Of a stretch of DNA of 64,000 nt, positions 35,307-47,200 are shown in pieces (position 1 is the stretch's first letter; every line of letters starts with the position of its first letter). The notes under the pieces are model-generated. The model searched no databases and was not told where the DNA came from. It saw only the letters and a program-made list of their open reading frames with translations. The position numbers were made by a program, and so were the translations under genes. Source of the DNA: Psammoneis japonica (lineage: Eukaryota); contig QPGO01000025.1 of the NCBI GenBank assembly GCA_008632985.1, positions 186,001 to 250,000 on the forward strand, read 5' to 3'.

Positions 35307-37342
35307 ATGATTACTCAACCGACATATGCGACTACAACCATGGCACCGGCTCCTGTCACCTCTAACGCCCTCATCAGCAAGACGGTTGCATCGGCAAAGA
35401 GGACTTCGAAAAGCACAAAGAAAAAGGAGGCGTCCGACAATGCTCCCATCTTCCTGAGAAGTAAGTGCACGATTCGAAAAATGCGAGAAATGCCTGCGTA
35501 GGATTCATGTAGAAGCTGGTACTGTTGCTCCTCTAATGCAAATATCGCCGGTGGAGCGTGAAAACTCAACGGTGACTCTTTTTCCGCCGGTGTCCTCCTT
35601 CTGCTCTTCTTGAGGCGCTTGTGAGGGCACCGCGTGTGAGATATGCGTGGGATTACCGTTGCTTTTGTTTTTGTATTAGGCATTTTTGTTGTTTTGTTGC
35701 CACTTTTTGTATTTACACACGATTGGGATCAATTTCTCACCAGCTGTTTGTTTTCTTTCGTTTCTTCTCCCATCCCTACTACAGAGACGTATCATATGAT
35801 TGACACCTGTGATCCCGAAATCGCATCATGGTAAGTCGCGGATTTGCAGCGCCATGGTCGCAATTTGAGTGGTTGTCGTTTTTGTCTCAGGTATTCGCAT
35901 CATCGCTATTTTTGTCGCATCATGTCATAATAATCAAGAGGTGATGACGTGGCGACGTTCTGTACCCTTAATTAATTTTGTGACGAACGCTGATGAGTCA
36001 TCTGACTGAATTTTTCCTCCTAGTTTTTCGGAGTTTTCCTGCCTTTCGTCGTTCGAGGAGTCGTCTCGAGTCATGCATGTTTCTCTGCAAGAGTGATTCA
36101 GTTCTTTTGTGGTTCTTTCGTTGTTGACTCACCTCTACTGTCTTTTCCTTTGTTTTTCACAGGTCCGAAGATGGTCTTACGTTTGTAGTGAAGGACACGG
36201 AGAAGTTTGCGTCCACAATTATTCCTCAGTTCTTCAAACACAACAACTTCTCATCATTTGTGAGACAACTAAATTTCTACGGCTTCAGGAAGATCAAAAG
36301 CGACCCCATCAAACTCAGCACTATCGTCGATGATGTGGAATCTAAATACTGGAAATTCCGTCACGAGAAGTTCTTGAGGGGACGCCCGGAGCTTCTCGGT
36401 GAAATCAAGAAGTCGAACCAGCACGAGAGTGCAGATAAGCAAGAGGTGGACGCTCTGAAGAAGGAAGTAAAAGACCTTAAGGCGCGGATCGCCCACATGT
36501 CGTCAGATGTTAGCAAGCTTACTTCCTTGGTTGAGAACTTGATGAAGAACCAGGAAGTCAACAACAACATTGTGTACGCGCCAGCTGAGCATGTGGTGAA
36601 GAAGCGGAAGATCGAACCCTATCCAATGACTGTGAAGTCTTTCTCGTCCATCCCGGTCAAGCAAGAGACTGGAAGCCAGCCTGTGACGCTTCCGGTGACA
36701 TCTGGTGCACTTCCTGACCCCGCGACCGCTTCTGATTCCGATCTTTTGCTTGACGTCCCGGTTAAAGTGGAACCTACCCCTTACGTACCTGGAGCTGTCT
36801 CACCTGCCGCCCCGGCGCAGCGCTACGACTCGATTGGATCGCTTTCGTTTAACTCGATGGACAATGAACTCCCTTTTGATGTGTACGATCTCGACTCTGA
36901 GGATTTGCAGCAACTGCTTTCTGGCGCCGAACAGCTCCCTGATGTTCCTACCTCGCTTCCATCTGTAGATGTCATTAACTCAAAGACTGACCCCGCATTG
37001 ACGAGGAAACTACACGACTCTCTTGCGCTCCTTCCGAAGGAGATGCAGGAGCTCTTTGTGGAGCGCATGGTTGCCACGATATCAGACCCGGGCAATTTCA
37101 AGAAGCAGATTGATGCTGTCACCGCACTTGCAGAAGCAGCAACCGAGCAAACGCATAAGATGATGGGAGCTGGCACAACCAGCGCGGTTGCTCCAGATGC
37201 TGCTGGCAACAAGTCGGTACCCCTCCCTGTTGCAGCGGCTACTCTCGGAGCTTTCTTGGCGCAGTACGGAGCAGCGGGAAATGATCAAGGATCCCACGGC
37301 GTTGGCGGAAAGAGCCCTTCTGTCGTCCCGTTGGAAGGCTGA
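35307..37342 (+). CDS. Heat shock transcription factor; exons 35307-35460, 35785-35830, 36163-37342
   Basis: Spliced HSF DNA-binding domain [52 protein letters not shown], followed by a coiled coil. GT-AG junctions keep the frame. Confidence 0.95.
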
Positions 37343-37603
37343 AGTCGAGGCCAACGGTATTTTCATTCAACTTTTTCAAAAATACAAATGTGATCGAGGC
37401 ATCGGGGGGCGATCTGTGCAGTGCAAATTGGTGTGACAATATTTGACGACTCTTCCGAGCGGAAACTTCACCCTTTTGAACACCACGGAACTATGTTGCC
37501 GGAAAATCAACAGTTAAAAAGTAAACAATACGCGAAACACAGCTATCAACGAAACGAAACAAAAATGTAACTATTCATATAATGCTGCACCGCATAATCT
37601 ATT

Positions 37604-37773
37604 CATTCTGCTATGTAGTTTTTCTGTAGCTATAGAGAGATTATGAGCGCGTCCTTTTCTTGAACTTATCGCTACATACTACCGGCACCATTCTGCTATG
37701 TAGTTTTTCTGTAGCTATAGAGAGATTATGAGCGCGTCCTTTTCTTGAACTTATCGCTACATACTACCGGCAC
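37604..37773. repeat. Perfect 85-bp tandem duplication
   Basis: cattctgctatgtag...catactaccggcac x2. Confidence 0.95.
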
Positions 37774-38269
37774 CGATCCAAATCCCATTCAGAGGCGTTC
37801 TACTTTCTCTCTACTACAGCCGAATGAACCATTGCTATACCTATAGCTAGAAGGACACAACAACTCGGAAGGTCGCATAACATATCGCATGCTAGCTGGC
37901 AAAATCAAGACGAGTCGTTGGCATGAAGCAAATACTCGCTTGATCACAACTCTGGCATGGTTGATCCAACGAATTGTTTGATCCACGAGAGTCGAAGTCG
38001 GGCTTAGCTACAACTAAATACCCTTTTAAATTAACGTCAGCAAAAACGATTGTGTAACAGATTCTCAGCGATAAATTCGCAGCCGAAAAACGGGCCCACT
38101 GCAATGAGGGCAAAAGGACAAGCCAAACGATCCGTGACGAAGACTCGTCATCGATTTCATTGTTCCCTGTCGCAACTGCTCCTCCAACATTGGCTCATTG
38201 CTCGGCTTCTTGAACGCGTTAATAACCGATGAAGTAACTCTCCTTTGACCAGTGCAACTTCAAAATCCT

Positions 38270-39607
38270 TCAGTCTTGCCATCGAGCGTACTTTGGATTT
38301 TTCGTTGCAAGCCATTTCAAAAGTGAATTCGAATCATGCTTCCCTTCATATCGCGACACCCGGAACGGCGTGCGTTGAATATAAAACACTGTGGGAGTAG
38401 CATCAACGTCGAAGCCTGCTTCCGTCATCGAGTCAGAAACATCATATTCTGTAATATCAAAGCGAGAGACTTGTAGGCCACCAAAGTGTTTGGCTTTCTT
38501 TGCTATCTGCTTGTACTCTGGAGAAAAGGCCCGACAACCACCGCAGAATGGTGAATAAAATTCCAATAGCATTTCTTTCTCGCCCTTAATAACAAGCTCA
38601 TCAAAGTGGTTTGAATCGATATTCAGACAATCGGAACAGGGGAGCGTGGGCGGCCTAAACACACCCTTTTGCTTCTCAACCTCGTCACGCATCTTTTTTA
38701 TCTTTTCCAAGTGCGCATGCATTCCACACTCAGTCCGGTTCAAACCAACAAAGCGTCCGGCTCGTTCGTCTGTTCCGGATCCAACTGCTACAGTTGTCAC
38801 CTCATCGCCAATGCTCTTGTACCCCTTATCGTGAAGTGGGTTGTACGGAATCTTGTGCTTTCGGATATATCCCCAAACGTCGTTGTAGCTCCAATGTGCG
38901 AGTGGATTAATCTTGAGTCGGTCTGGATTCAAATTATCAACTTCAAACGCTTGCAGCTCTTTACGTTCTCCACCTTGTGAGCTCCTCCTACCCGTAATCC
39001 ATGCAGATGCTTGTAATTCATCAAGGGCACGCATCATTGGTTCCACTTTGGTAAGGTAGGAAAACAGATCATAATTTGTGTCCCACAGATCCTCTCCGTT
39101 TTCTTCTTCAAAGTCGTCACGATCCCCGTATTTATTTGGTTTGTAAGTTTTTAGATTCATATCACTGTAGTGTTTGTTGATGCGAGGAATGAATTCATAT
39201 GTTTCGGGGAAAAGGTACAACGTATCAATCGTGACGGTTGGCACCTTTTTCAGTACTCCCATTCGATGAAGCTTCTCAAGAACCACCAAGCCCGAAGGCC
39301 CAAAGCTCGTGACTTGAATCAAACGAGAAGTTGGTATATTCTTGATGGCCCATTTTAAAATATCATCAGCATCCACGAGCTGCGCATTCAACTTGTTTAA
39401 CGCACTTGGCGACAGCGGTAGTTTTAGCTGCACGAGTTGGCTTCCCCGAAGATTTTCTTGTCGAGGTTGCCTCAGAGCAAACAGACCGAGAAAGAAAAGA
39501 ACAACGCCGAGCCAGCGCCACTTTTGGAGAGGACCCCAGCGCCGAAAGGGCGGCCTACGGTGACGCGGGTATCTCATCGTGGAGGAGTTCCAGACTGGCG
39601 TCGTCAT
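38270..39607 (-). CDS. PAPS/APS reductase family protein fused to a C-terminal thioredoxin domain
   Basis: TSFGPSG, IDTLYLFPETY, KVEPM, WITGRRSSQGGER, KINPLAHW, YNPLHDKGYKSIGD, ERAGR..TECGMH; then EFYSPFCGGC. Confidence 0.92.
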   Translation of the reverse strand: MTTPVWNSSTMRYPRHRRPPFRRWGPLQKWRWLGVVLFFLGLFALRQPRQENLRGSQLVQLKLPLSPSALNKLNAQLVDADDILKWAIKNIPTSRLIQVTSFGPSGLVVLEKLHRMGVLKKVPTVTIDTLYLFPETYEFIPRINKHYSDMNLKTYKPNKYGDRDDFEEENGEDLWDTNYDLFSYLTKVEPMMRALDELQASAWITGRRSSQGGERKELQAFEVDNLNPDRLKINPLAHWSYNDVWGYIRKHKIPYNPLHDKGYKSIGDEVTTVAVGSGTDERAGRFVGLNRTECGMHAHLEKIKKMRDEVEKQKGVFRPPTLPCSDCLNIDSNHFDELVIKGEKEMLLEFYSPFCGGCRAFSPEYKQIAKKAKHFGGLQVSRFDITEYDVSDSMTEAGFDVDATPTVFYIQRTPFRVSRYEGKHDSNSLLKWLATKNPKYARWQD

Positions 39608-39879
39608 TCAGCACTGGCTTCTCGTCTTTTTTATTTTTGAGGGCACGCAGAGCAGGCGGGGAAATGAAGAGGATATCAAAGATATTCAAGCGCTAATATT
39701 ATTTATATGTTTAACGGTTCTTTTCCGCCTCCCATCCATCCTTCCGCTCTCGTGCAGCCCCGCCCACATAGCCCATTCCACAGTGCCCATTCCGCTCTTT
39801 CCCCTGACTCTTCCGCACTGTCATTCCTAACCTTCACTTTTAAAAAGAGAACCCGATGAGGACGAGGTTGGAAGATGTG

Positions 39880-41690
39880 ACAGGGCCCTGCATGCCGGCA
39901 CGGGACTGTAGTGTGGCAGCATCATGAAGGCATTGTAACTCTGTCACATCTGCAGCACGACTCCTCTTGGGGGGGGTCTTTTCTTCAGCCATGTGTGACG
40001 AGGGGGATCGGCTTGAGCATCACCTGGGATGAGGAATGAAGCAACTCACTCTCACACATGCTGTGTCAATGGATTGAAAACATTTTGCCAGCTTGTGTGT
40101 GGCCCCCCCTCTCGGGGTGTGTTGCCCGCCCAACTGAAGGACACACAATCCTCGTGCCAAGTGAGGCATTGAGCGGGAAGAAGCAATGAAGAGACAGGAC
40201 AACGGCACCACTGTGTGTGACAATTCTTTTAGTTTGATGGCAGTGGCATCAGTTTGTTGACCCATGGGGGGTGATGTGGTGGTCCACCATGAGAACCTTG
40301 TTTGGTGATGCACAAAATTGTTGCAAGCTGGGGGTCGAGCACCAGAGGACCAAGTCATTTGAGCAAGGCATTGCAGGGCTCATCCTCCCCCCCCCCCCCC
40401 CCCCCAAGGGATCCATTGCTTGGATGAATGGTGGGTTCATCATGACCATTGTGTGGCACAAATTCTGCATCACTGTTGGAGTTTTTGGGAGGCTGGAGTC
40501 TTGCGTGTGTGCTCGCCTGTTCCCTTGCACTGTCTTGGTCACAAGAGTTGACAGATGTGATGAGATTGCCAACAAGAAGTTGTCAAGGTGCCATTTCAAG
40601 TTTCATTCTCTCCCTGCAGACCACTTTCCCACCCCCTCCAAGCACAAAAACATCCACGCCATTGCTCTTCATGCCACAAAAAGTGCTGCAGCAGCACACC
40701 CCAATGGACTCAATGAGTCAAATGAGCACCAGCATGTGCCAGAGTCTTGTCGTTGTTTGGATTGAAACAAACCCTCTTGGACAGCACTGTGCAGTTGCTT
40801 GAGTTTGTCAAGATCAGTTTGCAATCTCTGGCTGTCATCTCCTCTTGCACAAGTGCGTCTCTTGCACACATGAGTTGGGTGGTCTGCACAAGACTTGTGC
40901 ACCGCTGCAAATGACCTGATTTTTGAAATCCCAGACCCGAGGTGAGAGAAAGCAATGGATGGGCATGCAGCAAGATGGGCACTGCAATGTGCAGCAAAAG
41001 CAACTCAAACTTGAACATGAGATGATTTTTGCTTCATTGCTTGCTGGCTGCCTGCAGCATCATTTGGTGCACATTGGGATTTGCAAAATGTCAGGATCTG
41101 CCTGCTCATGACTTGACAACAACTGACCACAAAAGCCCTTGCCACTGACTGATGGTGTCTGCAACATTGCACTGTCTGTTGTTGCAGACATTGCTGGTTT
41201 TGGGCCAAAGAGCACAGCATGTCCAGAGAAAGATGACAGCGTGTCAAACAAAAAGGAGAGGCTGGGATGACAACTCATCAAGTCCACCAGTGGTCATGTG
41301 GTGACACCAATCAATCCTGTTGGTGATTTGTCTTGACTGCTGTGAGCAGCTGAACTTCTGTTGTTGCAATTGTGCAAAGTCTGCAGTGCATTGCTTTGGA
41401 CATCTGGAAAAGATGAGACAACATCTCAACCCAGCTCACAGTCAAGAATTGGAGTCAAGTCTGGATGCAGGTCTTGCAACAAACTCTTGTGATCGCTTGG
41501 TGTCATTCTTGCAAAGAGAGTGCTGCATCATCGAAGCCATTGAGCACATGTTCTTGTGGTGCACTTCTCCCTGCAACAGCCTGCGAACAGAGTGCCGTGT
41601 ATGGCAGTGCGTTGTTCGTGGTGCGAGGCCCTGGCGTTGGAACATGCCGTTTGTTGGCGTTTTCATCAACGCGAAACGGAACATCAGGAG
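39880..41690. other. TpA/CpG-depleted island C; unclassified repeat relic
   Basis: Same composition as the other islands. No protein motif recognised. Confidence 0.75.
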
Positions 41691-41863
41691 CCTCTAACTA
41701 GAGAGAGTAGAGGCTACGTCCAATTCATGAAGAATTTAAATCTCTATTAATACGCTGCTTGTTGTTAATAGGATCCGAACGTATCTCTTGATTGAGGACG
41801 GTGAGCAAAGATTTGAACGCTGTTTCCTATTTCGGTGTTTGACAACATTGTAGGACCAATTCA

Positions 41864-43453
41864 TTACGCTAGCACCCATGGCTTCAACACTTTGCGTCCA
41901 TTCTCCTGGATGTCAGCAGAGTCGCCGTAGGTCTCAACCGCAGTGGCAACCACTGAAAATCCTCCAGCCTTTTGAACATCTGGGACGTGCTCCACGAAAT
42001 GACATATGTTGGCAAAAGCATAGCATCCACGAGACTGCAACTCGTTAGAATCGACGTGCGTCTGCATGGCCGTAGCAATGGTTTCGAGTCCTCCACAGGC
42101 AACTAAGATGTCTGCATGGCCCTGGTTCTCGTGCACAAGATTTCCGAGTGCCGCAATACCGTACTCTTGAACAAGCTCGTCGCTCATGTGCTCATTCATA
42201 CTAGCGACCGTGTTCTCAACGCCGCCAAGTTCAACCCCAATTTTCTGGGCTTCCTTGTTCATAGACAGAACCTTCAAGGCACGGCAAGCCTGCCTCTGGA
42301 TGCCAACATTAGAACGGTACTTTTTAAGTTTGCGAATAATAGTGAGGGGGCCTCCCATCTGATGAACCTTGTCACGGTATTCTTCGGAAATACACAAGTC
42401 CGCAAGGTCACTCAATCCCTTTTCTACTTTCTCTTCCACTTCGCTTGGCAAGTCATCCATCATAATCTCAATGATCCTAGCCTTGTCGTCTTGTGTGGGG
42501 AGAGCAGCAACTTCTTCCTCGTGCTCGGGCTCAGTTTCTTCAGTGGCATTGGTTTCTGGTTGCTCCATGGCTTCAGTTTCTTCAAAAGGCATCTCTTGTG
42601 TGGCTTCAGCTTCTTCGAATTTTGCCTCTTCCGCCGACTCGGCTTTTTCGGGGATTTGCTCTGCTGTCGGTTCGGTATCTGTTGGAATCGCGTCGTCCAC
42701 CATTTCAGCATCTTCGCGCGTTGCTTCCTCGTTGGGTTCGACTTCCTCGGGCATTGACTCTTCTGTCGGCTTGGTTTCCACCTCATGCATCGTTCCAGCC
42801 TCTTCGGGTGTTGATTCCTCAAAAGACAGTTCTTCTTCGGGTTCTGTGGCTTCCGCAGGCTCGACAACGGCTGATTTCACCTCCTCTACGGACTTGGCTT
42901 CTTCAAGTTTCGGCTCCGTCACAGAAACCACTTCTTCCTCTTCCGAATTCGTTTTGGCGTCGTCTTGGTCTTGGACGATTTGAGTAGAAGTATCTGCGGC
43001 CTCGGACGCATCTTCCTCTTCTACATCCTTGGGCTCTTTGCAATCGGTTCTCGGTAGATTCTCTGATTCGATATCTTCTGTAGTGTCATCGTCACTCACC
43101 ACAGCAGGCTCGATAACATCTTTCTTCGTCGTCTCCACCGTGATTTTACTAATGACTAAGCCGCAATCACAAACAACGTCTACCGGTTGGTGAGAAGAAA
43201 CGGTGCTTCGATACGTACACGTAGATTCGGCCTCGTCCTTTAGCTTCTTTGGAGCAACTTTCCTCCGTGTGACCACATTCCCATCGTCAAGCACACCCGT
43301 TTTTTCAGGTTGGACGGGAGACGGTTGTTGGTAAAGAATTTTGGTTGTCGTTTTGGACGAACGTTGATTGTATGACAGATACATGGAAGTACCGACCGCA
43401 GCGACACCCACAAAGAACCAACAAGCCCAACAAGAATTCAAAAACTCAAGCAT
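41864..43453 (-). CDS. Armadillo-repeat protein with N-terminal membrane anchor and acidic linker
   Basis: Hydrophobic N-terminus, Glu-rich middle, and ARM-like units (IQRQACRALKVL, VQEYGIAALGNL, LQSRGCYAFANI). Confidence 0.85.
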   Translation of the reverse strand: MLEFLNSCWACWFFVGVAAVGTSMYLSYNQRSSKTTTKILYQQPSPVQPEKTGVLDDGNVVTRRKVAPKKLKDEAESTCTYRSTVSSHQPVDVVCDCGLVISKITVETTKKDVIEPAVVSDDDTTEDIESENLPRTDCKEPKDVEEEDASEAADTSTQIVQDQDDAKTNSEEEEVVSVTEPKLEEAKSVEEVKSAVVEPAEATEPEEELSFEESTPEEAGTMHEVETKPTEESMPEEVEPNEEATREDAEMVDDAIPTDTEPTAEQIPEKAESAEEAKFEEAEATQEMPFEETEAMEQPETNATEETEPEHEEEVAALPTQDDKARIIEIMMDDLPSEVEEKVEKGLSDLADLCISEEYRDKVHQMGGPLTIIRKLKKYRSNVGIQRQACRALKVLSMNKEAQKIGVELGGVENTVASMNEHMSDELVQEYGIAALGNLVHENQGHADILVACGGLETIATAMQTHVDSNELQSRGCYAFANICHFVEHVPDVQKAGGFSVVATAVETYGDSADIQENGRKVLKPWVLA

Positions 43454-44286
43454 GATTAACTATTCTTGTCACGCCTGATGTTGCCTGAACAATTGAGTTG
43501 AAACGACAAAGCGACGTTCTGAAAAGAGTAAGATGCCGAAAAACAAGGAAAGTAATCCTTGCACTGTAACTAGCCAACCGACAGAAAAGCACCAACGAAT
43601 CAACCAAATTCTATAGGCATGCACTGACTGTGTTCTTACACTAGACACTGAGAAGACTTTCAGTACTTATGATGAACGACCTCAAGTGTGTGCGTGAGGA
43701 GTGGGGGACTGCCTTTTTGTTCTCTGTTTCCCTCGTGCGTGGTGGGTCGTGGTTGATGAATGCGGCGAATGTAATTCAAACGTGTTCCGCGACCATGACG
43801 TCATTCTACTGAGCTCAAGCGCCAACTTCACATAGTCTCAACCGTTGAGTTAACGGTCATATTAACAGCTTGTATATTAATAAACTTATTAGTTCTAAAT
43901 AATTATAAATGATTCTCAACGGTACAAAATTTTATTTAAATATTAGAAGATAAAAGATGTTCTAAATATATATAACATATGTACTTATCTGCTTGCCTTT
44001 GAAATTGAACATCCATACCGAAGCATCTGACTGGCATTGCACCATGTACATTTCTACGCGAAGGATACGAGTCAATCTTATCGTGGTGAAAAGCACGCAC
44101 ACTTTTGGCATACCGGTACCGGTATGCCGCATGCCGCACATACCCTCTATCGTAGAGGTACACAACAACACACCACGCAACTCGCAACGCAAGAGCGGTT
44201 GTTTTCATAGTTCCACGATCCACAACCAGCTGTGTGTGCGTATAAGATTACTCTTGCGTTTCTAACAAGGGCTACAGGGACACGCC

Positions 44287-47200
44287 ATGGTGATCCTGAC
44301 GCCCGCCAATGACGAAACGTCGCCCGATGCCAAGAAGAACAAGGTTCTAAATACGCATTTCGAGAAGGAGCATCGATTGGTTGAGTACTTTGTTGTTGTG
44401 TCTTCGGTGCCGCGAAACCAAAAGAAGGGCGACGATGAGGAGGCCGAAGTCAAGGTGGAGTCTTCCCCGAAACGAGGACGTGGATGGTCTGCAGCTGATA
44501 TTGGAGAAGAAGTGGATGACGATGACGAGTTTGTAGATGACTATGACTTTCAGCCGGTAATTACGGCTCGTTATCCTCTGGAAGATCACGACGGAAACCC
44601 GCTGCACGAGAGCGTGACCTTTTTCTGTCACCCTTCTGGCGGTATTCGCCTAAGAACAGAGTGTTCCATGCCAAAGGTATGTCTTGAGAACGTTATTTCT
44701 TAGGATAAACCAACTGATAGACGCTTACGCTTTGTGCTCTTTGCTGTCTCGTTCAGGTTCACTATTTTGCTGCTACTGGTGGGCACGGAAAGCAAATGTA
44801 CGGAACGTGCCTGACCCTATGGGAGCCATATGTCATTAGTTCCAGTCGATCTTCTCCTAAGAAGGTTGGCGCTGACGGCACAGTAGAAGAAATGGAGACT
44901 GTGGAAAAGAAAAAGGAAGTCTACCTTCCCAAGTGCCTCGTCCTCCTTTCGACGTATCCCTATCTGCTGGCGTTTCGGGAGTACCTCACCCAACTAAACA
45001 GACTTTCCAAAATGGGTGAAATGACCTTGCCTTTGGAGAGGTATATTGCAAACTTTTGTGCCGAGAGTAAGTGTGTATCAGTCTTTTCTTCACTTCAGTA
45101 CAGCTCGTTCACTCAAACAATTCTTCCGTACAATTGTTTCAAGTCCCTGCCCCGCCGCCGGGATCTTTTGAAGTGCAGACTACCATCTTGGATTCAGTCA
45201 TTAAGCTTTGGTCTCCTCCGCACAACCAACCCATCGCTTGGGTCGCGCTTCCCTTTCCTCATTTGTTTCAGTGCCTGGATCTTGAAAACATTGTTACTGT
45301 CTGGCGTTGCTTGGCTCTTGAGCGACAAGTGCTCTTGACCTCAACACAATTGTCGCTGCTTACAACATGTGCAGAAGTTCTCCGGTCTATGCTGTTTCCA
45401 ATGAATTGGTCGCATGCGTACATTCCATTGCTTCCGCACTTTTTGATCCCCATTTTGAGCGCGCCCATGCCCTTTTTGTGCGGAATCAACAAAGCGAATC
45501 TTGCCGACGCTCTCTGTGATTTGAGCCGCGAATGTGTCGTGGTGGATCTGGATAAGAACTTGGTCACCTTGGGACCGTCCACCGAACCCCTTCCTCCCTT
45601 CCCCAAGGCACTGGAGACGGCATTGACGCAAAAGTTGGAAAAGAATGCTGGCATGGTGTTTCGTGAGGCGCGGTCATTGACAAAGCACGACGACTTTTCG
45701 GATCGAGGTCTACATCTTCCGGCTCACACGAAACTCATGGCTGATGGAATGTGGGAAAGTCAGCTCTGTCTCTTTGACGAAGCCTTTCACCTCTTTTTCA
45801 CCCCAGAAGAAACTCGCAAGAATCTCCTGAATGGCAACGATACTTCGGGTATTTATGGTGACGAGTCTTCGGAAGTTCCGATCCGTATCATGACTGCGGC
45901 GGAAAAGCAGAATATGCGCAAACAGAGTCAGTGGGATGCCGTTCAAGAAGCCTTCTTGGATACCTACGTGGGGTTGTTGCGTAACTACCGAAGCTTTCTT
46001 GTATTTCCAAGCAAGGACAATGAGGGCGCTTATGGCGGTGCTGGGTTTCGTTCCAAGGAGTTTGTTCAGGCTCAACGATACGATATGCAGGAGATGCTAC
46101 AGGAATTGGTTGGAACGCAGATGTTTGACGATTTTATTACAAAGCGTCTTTACGGATCTGGCGAAGCCGACGTGACCTTTTTTGACATGGCCGTGGACCG
46201 CTTTCTCAAGGAATCTCGCATTTCAAACTATTTCAAGTCCGGCGCGAGTGACTCGTCTTCAGGCCCTCTCTTGCAGAGCGCCCGTGTGCACCGAAAGCTC
46301 AAGACAATTGTTCCTCCTGAGCCGAGCTCAAATGATTTGCCACCGCCTGCTCCTCAAACCGATGCGGCGGATACGGGCGGAAGACTTGTGACTTTGGCGG
46401 ACGATAGGACCGCCGCGGATGATCAGAGTGTGGCATCTGTAAGTTCATTGGGCACTCACAGCACCCGGGGTACCTCTTTGGCGGCCGAATCCATGACCAA
46501 TCCGAATAACCCAAACCACAAGGCTTACCGAAGCATCCAGGACAAGGCCGAGGAAATTTTGGAGAAGCACCGTGGATACCGTTATACTTACCCTACGTTT
46601 CCGTCCGAATTCGATTCTGACCTCTTCGGAACACCTCGTCCTATGCCTTCCGCTGTGATTGTGGAATTTGACCGTCAACGTCAGGATGCGGCTCAGTTCC
46701 GTCGCAAGAAATCCCGTCAAAGCAAGCAAGAGAAGAAACCACAGCTTCATCGTGTCAAGACCATTGACCAGGTAAGTATCTATGCTTTCACAGAGTTCTT
46801 TTCCACGGACCTGCAACGTCTTATCCGTGTTTTGATTGCTTGTTGTGCTGACTCTCATAGGACTCGCCACCGTCAGCTGAAGTTTCTACCTTTACCTTGT
46901 TCTTTGTGGCCTTTTCCTCCATGGTTGGAAAGGAATTGCTTGAGATTTCTGACAACCCTCTTTTGTCTAAACCAGACCGCGTCATCTTGTCAACTTATGT
47001 TGCTCCGAGCACGAATGTTTCTGACGACGAGAGCGAGGCTGTAGATTCTTCGGCTCAAAACAACCCTGAGGCTGGGTCTGGGTCAGAAGAAGAAGCTTTT
47101 GAGGATGCCCTGGACGAAGTAGAGAAAAACGCTATGAAGGCAGTCAGGCCCGATATGGCCGAATTTGAAGACGCAGAGGAAGAGGCCGCAAACGATAGTG

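Noticed and set aside
40385..40405. Poly-C run, and short 13-15 bp tandem duplications (~7109, ~56724, ~63915)
   Set aside because: Ordinary slippage products. Homopolymer length is unreliable.
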